The notes beneath the pieces are model-generated. The model was not told the DNA's origin. It was given only the letters and a program-made list of their open reading frames with translations, and made no database searches. From an uncultured Anaerolineales bacterium (GTDB taxonomy: Bacteria > Planctomycetota > Phycisphaerae > FEN-1346): a DNA stretch of 64,000 bases. The stretch's first letter is position 1. Every line of letters starts with the position of its first letter. Of the stretch, positions 38,534-47,747 are shown piece by piece. The stretch lies in NCBI GenBank assembly GCA_964526295.1, contig CAZGKW010000003.1, positions 14,962-78,961 on the forward strand. The letters run 5' to 3'. The position numbers and the translations under genes were made by a program.

Positions 38534-39889
38534 TCAGGCCGGGACGGTGCGGCGCCACGCCGGGGCGTCGCGCCAGGTCGGCATGGCGCGGCCCTGGCGG
38601 CGGTAGTAGTAGCGGAAGCCCCAATGGGCCGCCAGGTTCATCAGCCAAGCGACCTTCTGCCGCGGCGGACGCTCCAGCCGCTCGCGCACGCTCGACCAGG
38701 AGAAGAACTCGTGGAACGCCGCGCTCTGGGCCCCGGCCAGCTCAGGGACCGCCATGCCCGCCGGCCGGAAGACAACCGACCCCCCGTTGTATTTCGACCA
38801 GTCGGTCGTCAGGATCCGCCCGGCCGCCTCGTACTCGTCGAAGAACGGTGTGCCGGGGTATGGCGTCAGGATGGGAAAGATGGCGAAACCGAGGCGGGCC
38901 TCGCGGGCGAAGCGGACGGTCTCGCGGCACGATTCGAGGTTGTCGGAATCGAAGCCGAAAATGAACGAGCCCCACGTGCCGATCCGGGCCCGGCGGACCT
39001 CCGCCAGCAGCGACAGGTAGTCGGCCGGGTCGCAATAGGTCTTGTTCCCGAGCTTGAGGCTCTCGGGATTGGGGCTTTCGAGGCCGAAGATGAGGCCCCG
39101 GCAGCCGCTCCGCCTGGCGGCCCGGAGGAACGCCGGGTCGCGGGCGATCGTGATCGGCGCCTGTCCGCACCAGCCGACATGGAGCTTCTCCAGCTCGCGG
39201 AAGAGGTCCCACGCCCAGGCCTTGTCTCCGACGACGTTGTCGTCGGCAAAGACGACCCGCCGGGCCCCGACGCTGCGGACCTCGTCGACGATCTCGCCGA
39301 CCGGACGGGCGGCGTAGCGGCCGCCGTACATGGCATGGGTGGTGCAGAAACGGCACCGCATGGGGCAGCCGCGCGAGAGCTGGACGGCATGGCCGGCGAG
39401 GTAATCACGGGGATTCAGCAGGTCGCGGCGGGGCGTCGCGATACGGACCTTCTCGGTGACGCGATAGATGCCCCCGAGCCGGCCGGCCTCGAAGTCGGCG
39501 AGCATCTGCGGCAGCGTGCCCTCGGCCTCGCCGACCGCGACCGCGGCAGCGCGCTCCAGGCCCTCCTCCGGCCGGGCCGAGGGATGGACACCCCCGAGCA
39601 CCACAGGCACGCCGAGCCGCCGGTAGGCATCGGCGATCTCGTAGGCCCGAGGGGCCTGGCACGTCATGGCCGTGATGCCCACCAGGTCCGGTGCGTCGTC
39701 GATCGGCACCGGGCCGGTGCACTCGTCGCGGATCTCGACGTCCCATCTCTCCGGGACGACCGCCGCCGCCACCGCCAGGCCCAGCGGCATGAAGAGGGCC
39801 TTGCGCCCGAACGTGACCCGCCGCGCCACAGGGCCCTGGAGCACGGCAACGAGGGGGTTTCTCGGGTTGATCAAACGGAGCTTCGGCAT
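38534..39889 (-). CDS. B12-binding-domain radical SAM protein
   Basis: N-terminal cobalamin-binding-like domain and the SRGCPMRCRFCTTH CxxxCxxC cluster motif. Confidence 0.8.
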   Translation of the reverse strand: MPKLRLINPRNPLVAVLQGPVARRVTFGRKALFMPLGLAVAAAVVPERWDVEIRDECTGPVPIDDAPDLVGITAMTCQAPRAYEIADAYRRLGVPVVLGGVHPSARPEEGLERAAAVAVGEAEGTLPQMLADFEAGRLGGIYRVTEKVRIATPRRDLLNPRDYLAGHAVQLSRGCPMRCRFCTTHAMYGGRYAARPVGEIVDEVRSVGARRVVFADDNVVGDKAWAWDLFRELEKLHVGWCGQAPITIARDPAFLRAARRSGCRGLIFGLESPNPESLKLGNKTYCDPADYLSLLAEVRRARIGTWGSFIFGFDSDNLESCRETVRFAREARLGFAIFPILTPYPGTPFFDEYEAAGRILTTDWSKYNGGSVVFRPAGMAVPELAGAQSAAFHEFFSWSSVRERLERPPRQKVAWLMNLAAHWGFRYYYRRQGRAMPTWRDAPAWRRTVPA

Positions 39890-39966
39890 GGCGGACCGTT
39901 ACGCGCTCCGACGGCAGGCACATTCCCGCCGGCTCACAGGCACGGTAGCAGACCGGGTGGGCGGAA

Positions 39967-40878
39967 TCAACGGGCCGGCGGTTTCGCAGGCACTTCCCAG
40001 AGCGGCGTCGGGACGAACTCGCTCGTCAGGTAGAGGCTGCGGCCGTCGGCCCCGTAGGCGACGGCCTCGCCCTGGCGGCGGCGTGGCATCGTGATGCGCC
40101 GGGGCTTGCCCCGGAACGCGTCGGCCCAGGATTCGTCCGGGCCGCGAACGAACTCGAACGCATCGCCGTACGTGAGGAGCACCGCCCGGCGACCGTCGGG
40201 CGAAACATCCATCGCCGTCACGCCGCGGACGCTTGTTCCGGCGATGCGCCTGGCCGTCTGCGGCCCGTCATCATCAGCCCGCCACGAGAGCGCGTAAACG
40301 CCTCCCTCCAGCTTGTCCGCCAGGAGGATCGTCCCGTCGGCGGGATCGACGGCGACGGCCTCGCAATCGCGCGGGCCGTCTTCGTAGGCAAACTCGATCG
40401 TCCGGAAGACGTCCGCTTCGACCTCCGCCGGCTCCTCCTTCGTGCCGACGACGGGCTCGGCGACGACGTGGATCAGGCACCGGCGACGGATCGCCGAGTT
40501 GTCGCCGACGTCGGCCAGCAGGAGATAGCTCAGGCCGCCGCGCCGGACCGAAGCCATGTCCTCCCAGTCGCGGGCAAACACGCGCTTCAGGCGAAGCAGG
40601 CCGAGGTGCTCCCCCTCGGGCCCGAAGGCGTAGGCGACCGGCCCGTCGCCGGAATCGTTGTGCGTCCAGAAGACGCCGGGCGTGCGGCGGCTCACGGCCA
40701 GGCCGCTCGACTCGTCGATGGTTCGGTTGGCCAGATCGCAGACGTGACGCGGCTCGCCGTAAGTGATGCACTCGGCCGTCGATACGCCCGTCGGCAAACC
40801 GCTTCCCAAGGCCAAGGCACAGGTGGCGCACGTCAGCATGGCGATCGCTATACGCCGTGGACCCAAGGCAGCATGCAT
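39967..40878 (-). CDS. hypothetical secreted protein
   Basis: Signal peptide MHAALGPRRIAIAMLTCATCALALGS. IDESSGL..WTHNDSGD motifs of the SdiA-regulated / phytase-like propeller type. Family assignment is tentative. Confidence 0.55.
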   Translation of the reverse strand: MHAALGPRRIAIAMLTCATCALALGSGLPTGVSTAECITYGEPRHVCDLANRTIDESSGLAVSRRTPGVFWTHNDSGDGPVAYAFGPEGEHLGLLRLKRVFARDWEDMASVRRGGLSYLLLADVGDNSAIRRRCLIHVVAEPVVGTKEEPAEVEADVFRTIEFAYEDGPRDCEAVAVDPADGTILLADKLEGGVYALSWRADDDGPQTARRIAGTSVRGVTAMDVSPDGRRAVLLTYGDAFEFVRGPDESWADAFRGKPRRITMPRRRQGEAVAYGADGRSLYLTSEFVPTPLWEVPAKPPAR

Positions 40879-40886
40879 GGCGCGTC

Positions 40887-41547
40887 CTATGTGGTCGGCG
40901 TCTCGGGCTTGGGCCTTCGTCTGCCGCATTGCAGGCGGTGGAACTCCTCCGGGTCGCGGACGTTCGACCGCTCGGCCCAGGCCTTGTAGAGGGCGAGCGG
41001 CTCGGCGGCTTTCTCGGGCCGCTCTTCCGCCAGGTCGTTCAGCTCCGTCCGGTCGGCCGCGAGGTCGTACAGCTCCCACCGGCCGCGGGTCACCTCGGAA
41101 ACGAGCTTCCAGTCGCCGGCCCGGACGGCCCGGTTGCCGCGGTGCTCGAAGCAGCGGGCCTCGTGACCCGGCCGTCGCCCCGTCTCCAAGACGGGGCGCA
41201 GGCTCTTTCCTTCGAGCGGGACGATTGTCTGGCCCGCGTACGCCTTCGGATAGTACTACAACGCCAGTTCGCTACTTCATCCCGCCTGGCGGCCTTCCCA
41301 TGCCGCCAGGAACTCGCTTCAGGCCTGATCGCGGCGGCCTGGGAAGGCCGCCGCGCGGCAAGTGGCGTTGTAGGAATAGTCGGCCGCGGCCAGGTCGAGG
41401 CACGTGGCCATCATGTCGACGACGTGGCCGGACTCGTGCGTCAGCGTGCCGGGCTTTCGGATGCCGGCGGGGCGCCGCCCAGATGGCGGGGGCCAGGGCG
41501 TCGGCCGCCCTGCCGAGGGTCGAAAGGAAATGGCGTCGCTTCATCAT
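40887..41547 (-). pseudogene. sulfatase pseudogene (TAT signal peptide retained, internal deletion, frameshifts and stops)
   Basis: 41547 downwards reads MMKRRHFLSTLGRAADALAPA (an RR TAT signal), then the frame collapses. HVVDMMATCLDLAAADY and KAYAGQTIVPLEGKSLRPVLE...GNRAVRAGDWKLV are sulfatase C-terminal motifs in other frames with in-frame TAG stops. The CxPxR region is absent. Confidence 0.7.
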
Positions 41548-42065
41548 GGATTCGGGGTCCCGTTGGCAGCGCCATCCCTGCGAGGCGGCGGTTTCGGCTG
41601 CAACATCCGATAGACGAAGGCCCGGTCCTCAGGGTCCCGCAATTCGCGCATCAACTCGCCCAACTTCAGCCGGAGGCTCGGCTCCAAGGGGAGGCCTGTG
41701 CCTTGCGCTTCGGTCCAGAAACGCCGTGCCCTGGCCTGCGAGGTCCCACGCAGCACGCGCCGCTCGCCATAGCGGTGATCGTCGAGGACGAGGCTCGCCC
41801 AGAACGGGGTGTCCGGCGTCGGGGACGTGATAACACCGCTGTCGGGGATTACAATCCGCGAGACAACAATGGCCCGAGTCTCGTCAAAGCGCCCCTGCAA
41901 AGCGGTGATATACCAGTCGCCGCTGCCCCTGCTAGGAATGCCGGAGGTTGGAAAGAGCACCAACCATCCGCTTAACAGCAATAGAGCACCTGAGATCCCG
42001 AGAGCGACAAGCAGGTGGCGGTTCCGCCGGCGAACTGCCTGGCCGGGGGTTTCGGACCATCCCAT
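41544..42065 (-). CDS. hypothetical membrane-anchored protein
   Basis: One N-terminal TM segment. Its stop overlaps the sulfatase remnant start by 4 nt. Confidence 0.5.
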   Translation of the reverse strand: MGWSETPGQAVRRRNRHLLVALGISGALLLLSGWLVLFPTSGIPSRGSGDWYITALQGRFDETRAIVVSRIVIPDSGVITSPTPDTPFWASLVLDDHRYGERRVLRGTSQARARRFWTEAQGTGLPLEPSLRLKLGELMRELRDPEDRAFVYRMLQPKPPPRRDGAANGTPNP

Positions 42066-42170
42066 GGTGCCAGCACCGACGCCCTTGTTGTTCCTGCGAG
42101 CCACGCCAAGACCCGTCCCTCGGCGCCGTTACACTGAAGCGGGAGGCACCCCGCCACTCGGCGAACGCCC

Positions 42171-43262
42171 TCAGTATGGCAGGCGAGGGGCGGAATTGCC
42201 AGTGCCTCGGCGGCCCCGGGTGCCCGTGCCTTCGGTCTCGCCGCCGTCCTTCTCGGGCGGGCCCCACAGCCGGAAGACGACCAGGAAGGCGTCCTTCCCG
42301 CCGCCGGGACGCGTCTGAGGTCCGTGGAGCTGCTCCAGGTCGTCCTTGTCGGTGAAGCCGGCGGCCGCGGCCAGGCCGGTCGCCGAGTCGATCGCACAGG
42401 CGTGGAACACGCCGCCCGGGCCGACGTGGGCCTTCAGGAGCGCCTCCCGCCACTCCCGGTCCGCGACCAGGATGCCCGCCCCGTCGGGATAGCCGAACGG
42501 CTCGCCTTCGCTGTGCTGCGTGATCCCCCAGCCGACGACCATCACCCGCCCCCACCGGTCCCAGCAGACGGCGTTGGCGAAGCCGCGGAGGACCATCTGC
42601 CGGACGGGCTCGCCGGAGGTCGGATCGATCTCGTAACAGAACGAGCTGGTGCCCTTGCCGCCGCCCTCCTTGATGTGGAACTTCAGCTTCTCGTCCAGGT
42701 CCCGTGGGTCGCGGTGGAGGGTCGTGTTGCCGCCGTCGCACTTGCCCATGGCGAAGAGGTGGCCGTTGGGCATCGTCGCGAGGAACGTGCACCGGGAGTC
42801 GGCCATCAGGCTCCGTTCCTTGCACGGGCCGTGCGACCAGTCCCACCACGTCCATCCCGGGCCGGTGATGTAGGGCTGCTGGAGGATCGAATGGACCTGT
42901 TTGTAGCCATAGGCGAACGGCCCGAGTTGCTTCCGCTTGAAGGCCGGGATGCCGCCCTTCAGGTCCGGCTGGTGCCGCACCAGGTTGCCGGAGACCCGCA
43001 CGCGGGGTTCGTCGCCGCCGCAGGTGACGATCACGCGGAACGCCGTGCCGGCCGTCGCGGCGACGGTCCCGCGGCGAACCTGGACGTCGGTGAAGCCCTG
43101 GTCGCCGGGACCTCCGAAGCGTGCGACGACGAGCATCTCCGGGTCGAGTGCCGGAGCCGCGCTGTCCAGTTCGGGTCCCCAGGCGGATTGCCGGTCCCCG
43201 CCGTAAGCCGACACCGCCCCCGCCAGCAGAAACAGCCACGTCACTGCGATGCGCCCCATCAT
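42171..43262 (-). CDS. secreted hypothetical protein
   Basis: Signal peptide MMGRIAVTWLFLLAGAVSAYG. High GC3. Confidence 0.6.
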   Translation of the reverse strand: MMGRIAVTWLFLLAGAVSAYGGDRQSAWGPELDSAAPALDPEMLVVARFGGPGDQGFTDVQVRRGTVAATAGTAFRVIVTCGGDEPRVRVSGNLVRHQPDLKGGIPAFKRKQLGPFAYGYKQVHSILQQPYITGPGWTWWDWSHGPCKERSLMADSRCTFLATMPNGHLFAMGKCDGGNTTLHRDPRDLDEKLKFHIKEGGGKGTSSFCYEIDPTSGEPVRQMVLRGFANAVCWDRWGRVMVVGWGITQHSEGEPFGYPDGAGILVADREWREALLKAHVGPGGVFHACAIDSATGLAAAAGFTDKDDLEQLHGPQTRPGGGKDAFLVVFRLWGPPEKDGGETEGTGTRGRRGTGNSAPRLPY

Positions 43263-43434
43263 TACCTCCGCTCTGCCGCACGACCTCAGTTACCTTGGAC
43301 GAACGAACCCGGCGGCGGTTCAGCATTCTGTGCTGATGCGTGGTGTCGGTGCCCCGCAGCCGCCGAACGTCCTCGACGCCGACAACGGCCCGCCCTACAA
43401 TCGGCCGTCCCCTTCCTTATACGAGGAGCGGCGG

Positions 43435-44838
43435 GTGGCGCTTCACCGTTGGCTGGCATCGTGCCTCGTCTTGGCCGCTGCGCTGTCGGTCCGGTTAGGG
43501 GCTGGAGCCGCGACGGCCGCGGAGACGGATGCCGCCGAAAGCTCAGCCGAATCCGCCGCGTCCGGCGGTCCGCCCGGGCTCCTGGCCGCCTATTTCCGCG
43601 AGCCCGACGCCGCCAAGCGCCGGGATATCGCCGGCCGGTTCGCCAGCATCCAGCCGAAGACGTGGGACGGATTCCGGGCCCTCCTCCACGAGGTGGCGCC
43701 CCGGGACGACCTGGCCCCGGGCGTACACCGCCTTCAGACCTCAGGCACGGAGCCCGGCGCGAGCGAGCCGGTCCAGTACGTCCTCCGCGTGCCGCCGGGG
43801 TACGAAGCGAACGCCTCGAAGGGCCTGCCGCTGGTCATCGCCTGCCACGGGACGGGCGGCAGCGGCGACGCCTTCGCTCGCGAGATGGAGTCCGTCCTCC
43901 GCGAGACCGTCGACCAGGTGCTCCTGGCGTGCCCCGAGGCGCCCAAAAAGGGCCCCTACCGCGTCAGCCGCGCCATGACCGACTACCCCCTCCGCGTCCT
44001 CGCCGACGTCCGCCGCCGCGCCAACGTCGATTCGGACCGCGTCGTCCTCACGGGGTACTCCAAGGGCGGGTACACGACGTGGGGAACGGTGCTGTTCTCG
44101 CCGGGCGAGTGGGCGGCGGCGATCCCGATGGCGTCGTGGCCGCTGACGGAGGCCCGCTCCGCCGGGGCAATCCTGTACCTGCCGAACGTCCTGAACCTGC
44201 CCGTCCAGGCCCACTGGGGCGAGAAGGACATCGTCGCGGGGCAGAAGGAAGGCATCAACACACTTAGCTGTCAAGTTGCGAACGAGATGCGCCGCCTCGG
44301 CGCCGAACGGTTCGAGGGCATCGAGTACCCCGGCCAGGCGCACCGGATCGCCGTGAACACCGACGCCGTGCGGGACCGGGTCTCCTCGGCCCGGCGCGAG
44401 CCGTATCCGCGCGAGTTCCACCTGATCTTTCACCGCGTGTGGCAGGGCCGGGCCTGGTGGGTCCGGGCCACCGAGGCGGCCACCGAGGAGTACGACTTCA
44501 CGAAGCCGATGAAGGTCCCGGTCACGGCGCTCATGGACGTGCGCCAAGCCCAGCGGCAGGTTTACAAGCGGCACGCTTTCGAGCTGGCCGCCCGGCCGCA
44601 CGGCGACGCGAACACGCTGCTCCTTTCGGCCCGGAACCTGCGGCGGGTCGAAGTGACGATCGGCCCGGAGATGATCGACTGGTCGCGGCCGGTCAAGGTC
44701 ATCGTCAACGGCCGCATCCGGCACAGCGGGCCGATGGAGATCGACTGGTGGGAGTTGATCGAGACGGCCCGAAGGACGTACGATTTCGAGCGGCTGGTGG
44801 CGGCGCGGATGGAACTGGAAGTGCCGGTCCGTCGGTGA
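43435..44838 (+). CDS. secreted alpha/beta hydrolase (esterase/PHB-depolymerase-like)
   Basis: GTG start preceded by GAGGAG. Signal peptide ALHRWLASCLVLAAALS. LVIACHGTGGSGD and GYSKGG nucleophile elbow. Confidence 0.7.
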   Translation: MALHRWLASCLVLAAALSVRLGAGAATAAETDAAESSAESAASGGPPGLLAAYFREPDAAKRRDIAGRFASIQPKTWDGFRALLHEVAPRDDLAPGVHRLQTSGTEPGASEPVQYVLRVPPGYEANASKGLPLVIACHGTGGSGDAFAREMESVLRETVDQVLLACPEAPKKGPYRVSRAMTDYPLRVLADVRRRANVDSDRVVLTGYSKGGYTTWGTVLFSPGEWAAAIPMASWPLTEARSAGAILYLPNVLNLPVQAHWGEKDIVAGQKEGINTLSCQVANEMRRLGAERFEGIEYPGQAHRIAVNTDAVRDRVSSARREPYPREFHLIFHRVWQGRAWWVRATEAATEEYDFTKPMKVPVTALMDVRQAQRQVYKRHAFELAARPHGDANTLLLSARNLRRVEVTIGPEMIDWSRPVKVIVNGRIRHSGPMEIDWWELIETARRTYDFERLVAARMELEVPVRR

Positions 44839-44886
44839 AACGAGCGCTCCGGCCGTGCGTTCGTCCGTTCGCACCCCGCGCTGCTT

Positions 44887-46134
44887 TCATTCGCCGAGGC
44901 GCTCGACCTCCTCGCGAGCGATACGGCTCCAGGTGGTGAACCGTTCCGGCCGGCCCTCGCAGGTGTGCGTGTCCTTCAGGACCATCTCGAAGACGCACCC
45001 CCGGGTCGCCTCGAGGGCGTGCCTCAGGTAGGCCCGGATGCGGTCCGGGTCGAAGTCGCCGGCCACCATCTGCGGCTTCGGTTTCCAGGAGAAGATGTAT
45101 CGATTGCCGAGCCGCTCGGCGCACGCCTCGACGTCGGCGAAGGGCGAGATCGAAATCCGGAGGATGTTCGGGACCCGCAGCACGTCGTCCAGCTTGTGCG
45201 TCAGGTCTTCGCAGCACCCATAGCCGTTCAGCCCGAACGGCTCGAGCAGCCGCCGCTCGTACTGGAGGCAGAACTCTTCGTGCATCTCGGGCGAGACCTG
45301 GGCCAGCTCCTGGGCCTCGGCCGAGGCCCACACGTCGCACGGCCGGACGTGCGTGCCGTCGAAGCCGTCCCGGGGCAGCTCATCCGTCCAGCCCCGGCCA
45401 CCGGATGAGTGGTACGAGTTGTCGTTGTTCAGGTCCAGGACGCCCAGCTCGACCATCTGCTGCACGCGGCTCCGGTGGGCCTCCTCGTAGAACGCCATCG
45501 CATCGTGCAGCATCTCGGGGTTGTCGTACATGTCGAGCATGACCTGGCCCAGGCCGCGCAGGGCCGTGTACTGCTGCATCAGGTGGAACGAGACGCGCTG
45601 GACGCCGCGGCGGCGGACCTCCAGGATACCGGCGAACAGCTCGTGGGCCTCGGCCAAGTCGCGCTCGGTCGCCTCTTCATCGACATAGAGTTCCGGCGAG
45701 CGGAGCTTCGCCAGGTCGGCCGGCCCCAGGAGGACGGGGTCGAACGCCCAGGCCCCGGTGGGGTCGGCCGAGGGCCGGCGCCGGGGTTCCAGGCCCCAGC
45801 CGGTCTCCCGGACGACCGTCCGCACGGTCCAGGCGGCCTCGACGACCGTGTCGTCGCGGAGCACCTCGTGCCAGTAGATCTGCATGCGGAGGGCCCGTTC
45901 GATGCGGCGGGCCCGTTCGCCTTCACAGCGGAGCGACGACTCGGGCAGCAGCTCCCGCCACGCCCCCTCGGGCGAGATGAAGATGACGGCACGGGGCCGG
46001 TCGAGCCGGTTGTGCCGCTTCCAGAGCGCGATGCGTTCCTGCTGGACCGGCAGGTGGCCGATCTCGGCGACGCGCCTCGCCAGGTCCTGGATGATCGTCC
46101 GGTCGGTCCGGGTGATTCGCGTGGCGGCTTGCAT
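44887..46134 (-). CDS. hypothetical protein, uroporphyrinogen-decarboxylase (URO-D)-like TIM-barrel family
   Basis: 415 aa, cytoplasmic. Weak URO-D/MtaA-like pattern. Tentative. Confidence 0.55.
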   Translation of the reverse strand: MQAATRITRTDRTIIQDLARRVAEIGHLPVQQERIALWKRHNRLDRPRAVIFISPEGAWRELLPESSLRCEGERARRIERALRMQIYWHEVLRDDTVVEAAWTVRTVVRETGWGLEPRRRPSADPTGAWAFDPVLLGPADLAKLRSPELYVDEEATERDLAEAHELFAGILEVRRRGVQRVSFHLMQQYTALRGLGQVMLDMYDNPEMLHDAMAFYEEAHRSRVQQMVELGVLDLNNDNSYHSSGGRGWTDELPRDGFDGTHVRPCDVWASAEAQELAQVSPEMHEEFCLQYERRLLEPFGLNGYGCCEDLTHKLDDVLRVPNILRISISPFADVEACAERLGNRYIFSWKPKPQMVAGDFDPDRIRAYLRHALEATRGCVFEMVLKDTHTCEGRPERFTTWSRIAREEVERLGE

Positions 46135-46234
46135 CGCACCCCTCCATGGGGCATACGGTCACGGGCCCTCACGCGGCAGGACGGCCGGCCGCTCAGGGTA
46201 AGGCCCCGCGGCGGCCCGTGGAAGTGGCGTCCGG

Positions 46235-47149
46235 TCAGTCGTCTGACGTGGGCCCCGAAGTCTTCCCGGCCTCGTCAGGTTCCAGGCCGGGGGGCCGAAG
46301 CGGCACCGGGATGGCAACGCCCCGCCGCTCGCCCTTCGGGCCCTCATGTGCCACCACCGAGTCGAGCACCGGCACGAGGAGCTGCTGTCCACGGTAGATA
46401 CGTGCCGTGAAGGCGATGAGCGTCTCGCGCTGCCCGGTGCGGGTGGCGACGTTCTCGACGGCCAGCCCGGCCGGCGGCGAGGGGAACCAGTCGACCCCCG
46501 CGGCTACGACGCGCCACGAGAGGCGAATCAGGAACCGGGCCGACCGACCGCCCGGCGGGATGCCCCCCTCGATCCGGGCCGTCACGGTGTCGGCCGCCTG
46601 GGCCAATGGCACGGGCACTTGCTTCGCCCACTCGGCGAAAAGCGCCTCATTCGCCGGCGGGGCCGCCTCGGCGACCGGCAGCTCGAGCCGGAGCGTCGCA
46701 TCGCCCGGCACACACCGGTCCCGGCAGGCCAGCCACGCCACCTCCGCTACCAGGGCGACCGACTTCCCGTTCAAGCCCTTCGGCGCCGTCACCTGGGCCG
46801 TCAGCAGGACCGACCCCTCGTAGCCGAGCCCGGCGATGTCGCCCGGCTGAGTGAAACGTTTCGGCGTCGGCCACCGGAGCGGCCCGCCGGCGAACCCGGG
46901 CGGCAGCTTCCACGTCACCTGCGTCGCCAGGCCCGCGTCGCCGGGATGTTTCCAGTAGGTGTGCCAACCGGGGGCCATCTCAAGGAGCACCCCGAGGGTG
47001 AGCGTCCCGCCGGGCTCGACGCCCGACCGGTCGGCCAGGAGCGTCGCCTTGACGAGCGTCGCAGGCTCCGGGATCCCGGCCGTTACTGCCGACGCCCAGA
47101 GCAGAATCAACCCGCCCGCTGAGGCGAGCGTCACGATCGTTCGCCGCAT
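46235..47149 (-). CDS. secreted DsbD/DsbC N-terminal-domain-like (thiol-disulfide interchange) protein
   Basis: Signal peptide. HTYWKHPGDAGLATQVTWKLPPGF...WPTPKRF matches the DsbD N-terminal-like fold signature. Confidence 0.65.
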   Translation of the reverse strand: MRRTIVTLASAGGLILLWASAVTAGIPEPATLVKATLLADRSGVEPGGTLTLGVLLEMAPGWHTYWKHPGDAGLATQVTWKLPPGFAGGPLRWPTPKRFTQPGDIAGLGYEGSVLLTAQVTAPKGLNGKSVALVAEVAWLACRDRCVPGDATLRLELPVAEAAPPANEALFAEWAKQVPVPLAQAADTVTARIEGGIPPGGRSARFLIRLSWRVVAAGVDWFPSPPAGLAVENVATRTGQRETLIAFTARIYRGQQLLVPVLDSVVAHEGPKGERRGVAIPVPLRPPGLEPDEAGKTSGPTSDD

Positions 47150-47304
47150 CGAGTGTTCCACGCGCACACCTCCTCGACCATTTTACGCACGGTCGCGGGT
47201 CGCCGCGGGCCGGAGTCCCGGGGACTCCTTCCCCGGGCAATCCCCGGCAAACTCATCCCCGTGCGTTAATGTGTGTTGCGGCGCGCCTTGCCGGGGCCGA
47301 CCCG

Positions 47305-47718
47305 TCAGAACCGCGACCGGCGCCGCCGCGCCAGCAGCACCAGCACCACGATGCCCCACAAGATCGCCGGCGGGCCCTCGAACCACTTCCAGAACCACGG
47401 CAGCTCGTTGGCGAAGTCGACCACGATCGTCAGCACCCCGAAGGCGATGCTCGCTTCGGCCAGGAACGCGATCAACCCGGCGTACCGCTCCAGGTTGAAC
47501 GAGATCAGCCAGCAGAAGATGCCGCTGAGGGCATACATCGCCGAGGCCGTCCGCACGAGGTAGTCGATGACCGGCCCTTCGGGGTACGGGCCCAGGCCCA
47601 GCCACTCGTGGACCCAGGCGTGCCAGGAGCGGGGCATGAAGATGAACGGCGCCGCCAGGAGCAGGACGGTCCCCGTCAATCGCAGGATGAACCGGATGAG
47701 TCGGTCGGCTCCGTTCAC
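47305..47718 (-). CDS. small hypothetical membrane protein
   Basis: Three or four TM helices. GTG start. High GC3. Confidence 0.5.
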   Translation of the reverse strand: MNGADRLIRFILRLTGTVLLLAAPFIFMPRSWHAWVHEWLGLGPYPEGPVIDYLVRTASAMYALSGIFCWLISFNLERYAGLIAFLAEASIAFGVLTIVVDFANELPWFWKWFEGPPAILWGIVVLVLLARRRRSRF

Positions 47719-47747
47719 GGCGGCCCTCCTCGGCCCGTGCGGCGATG

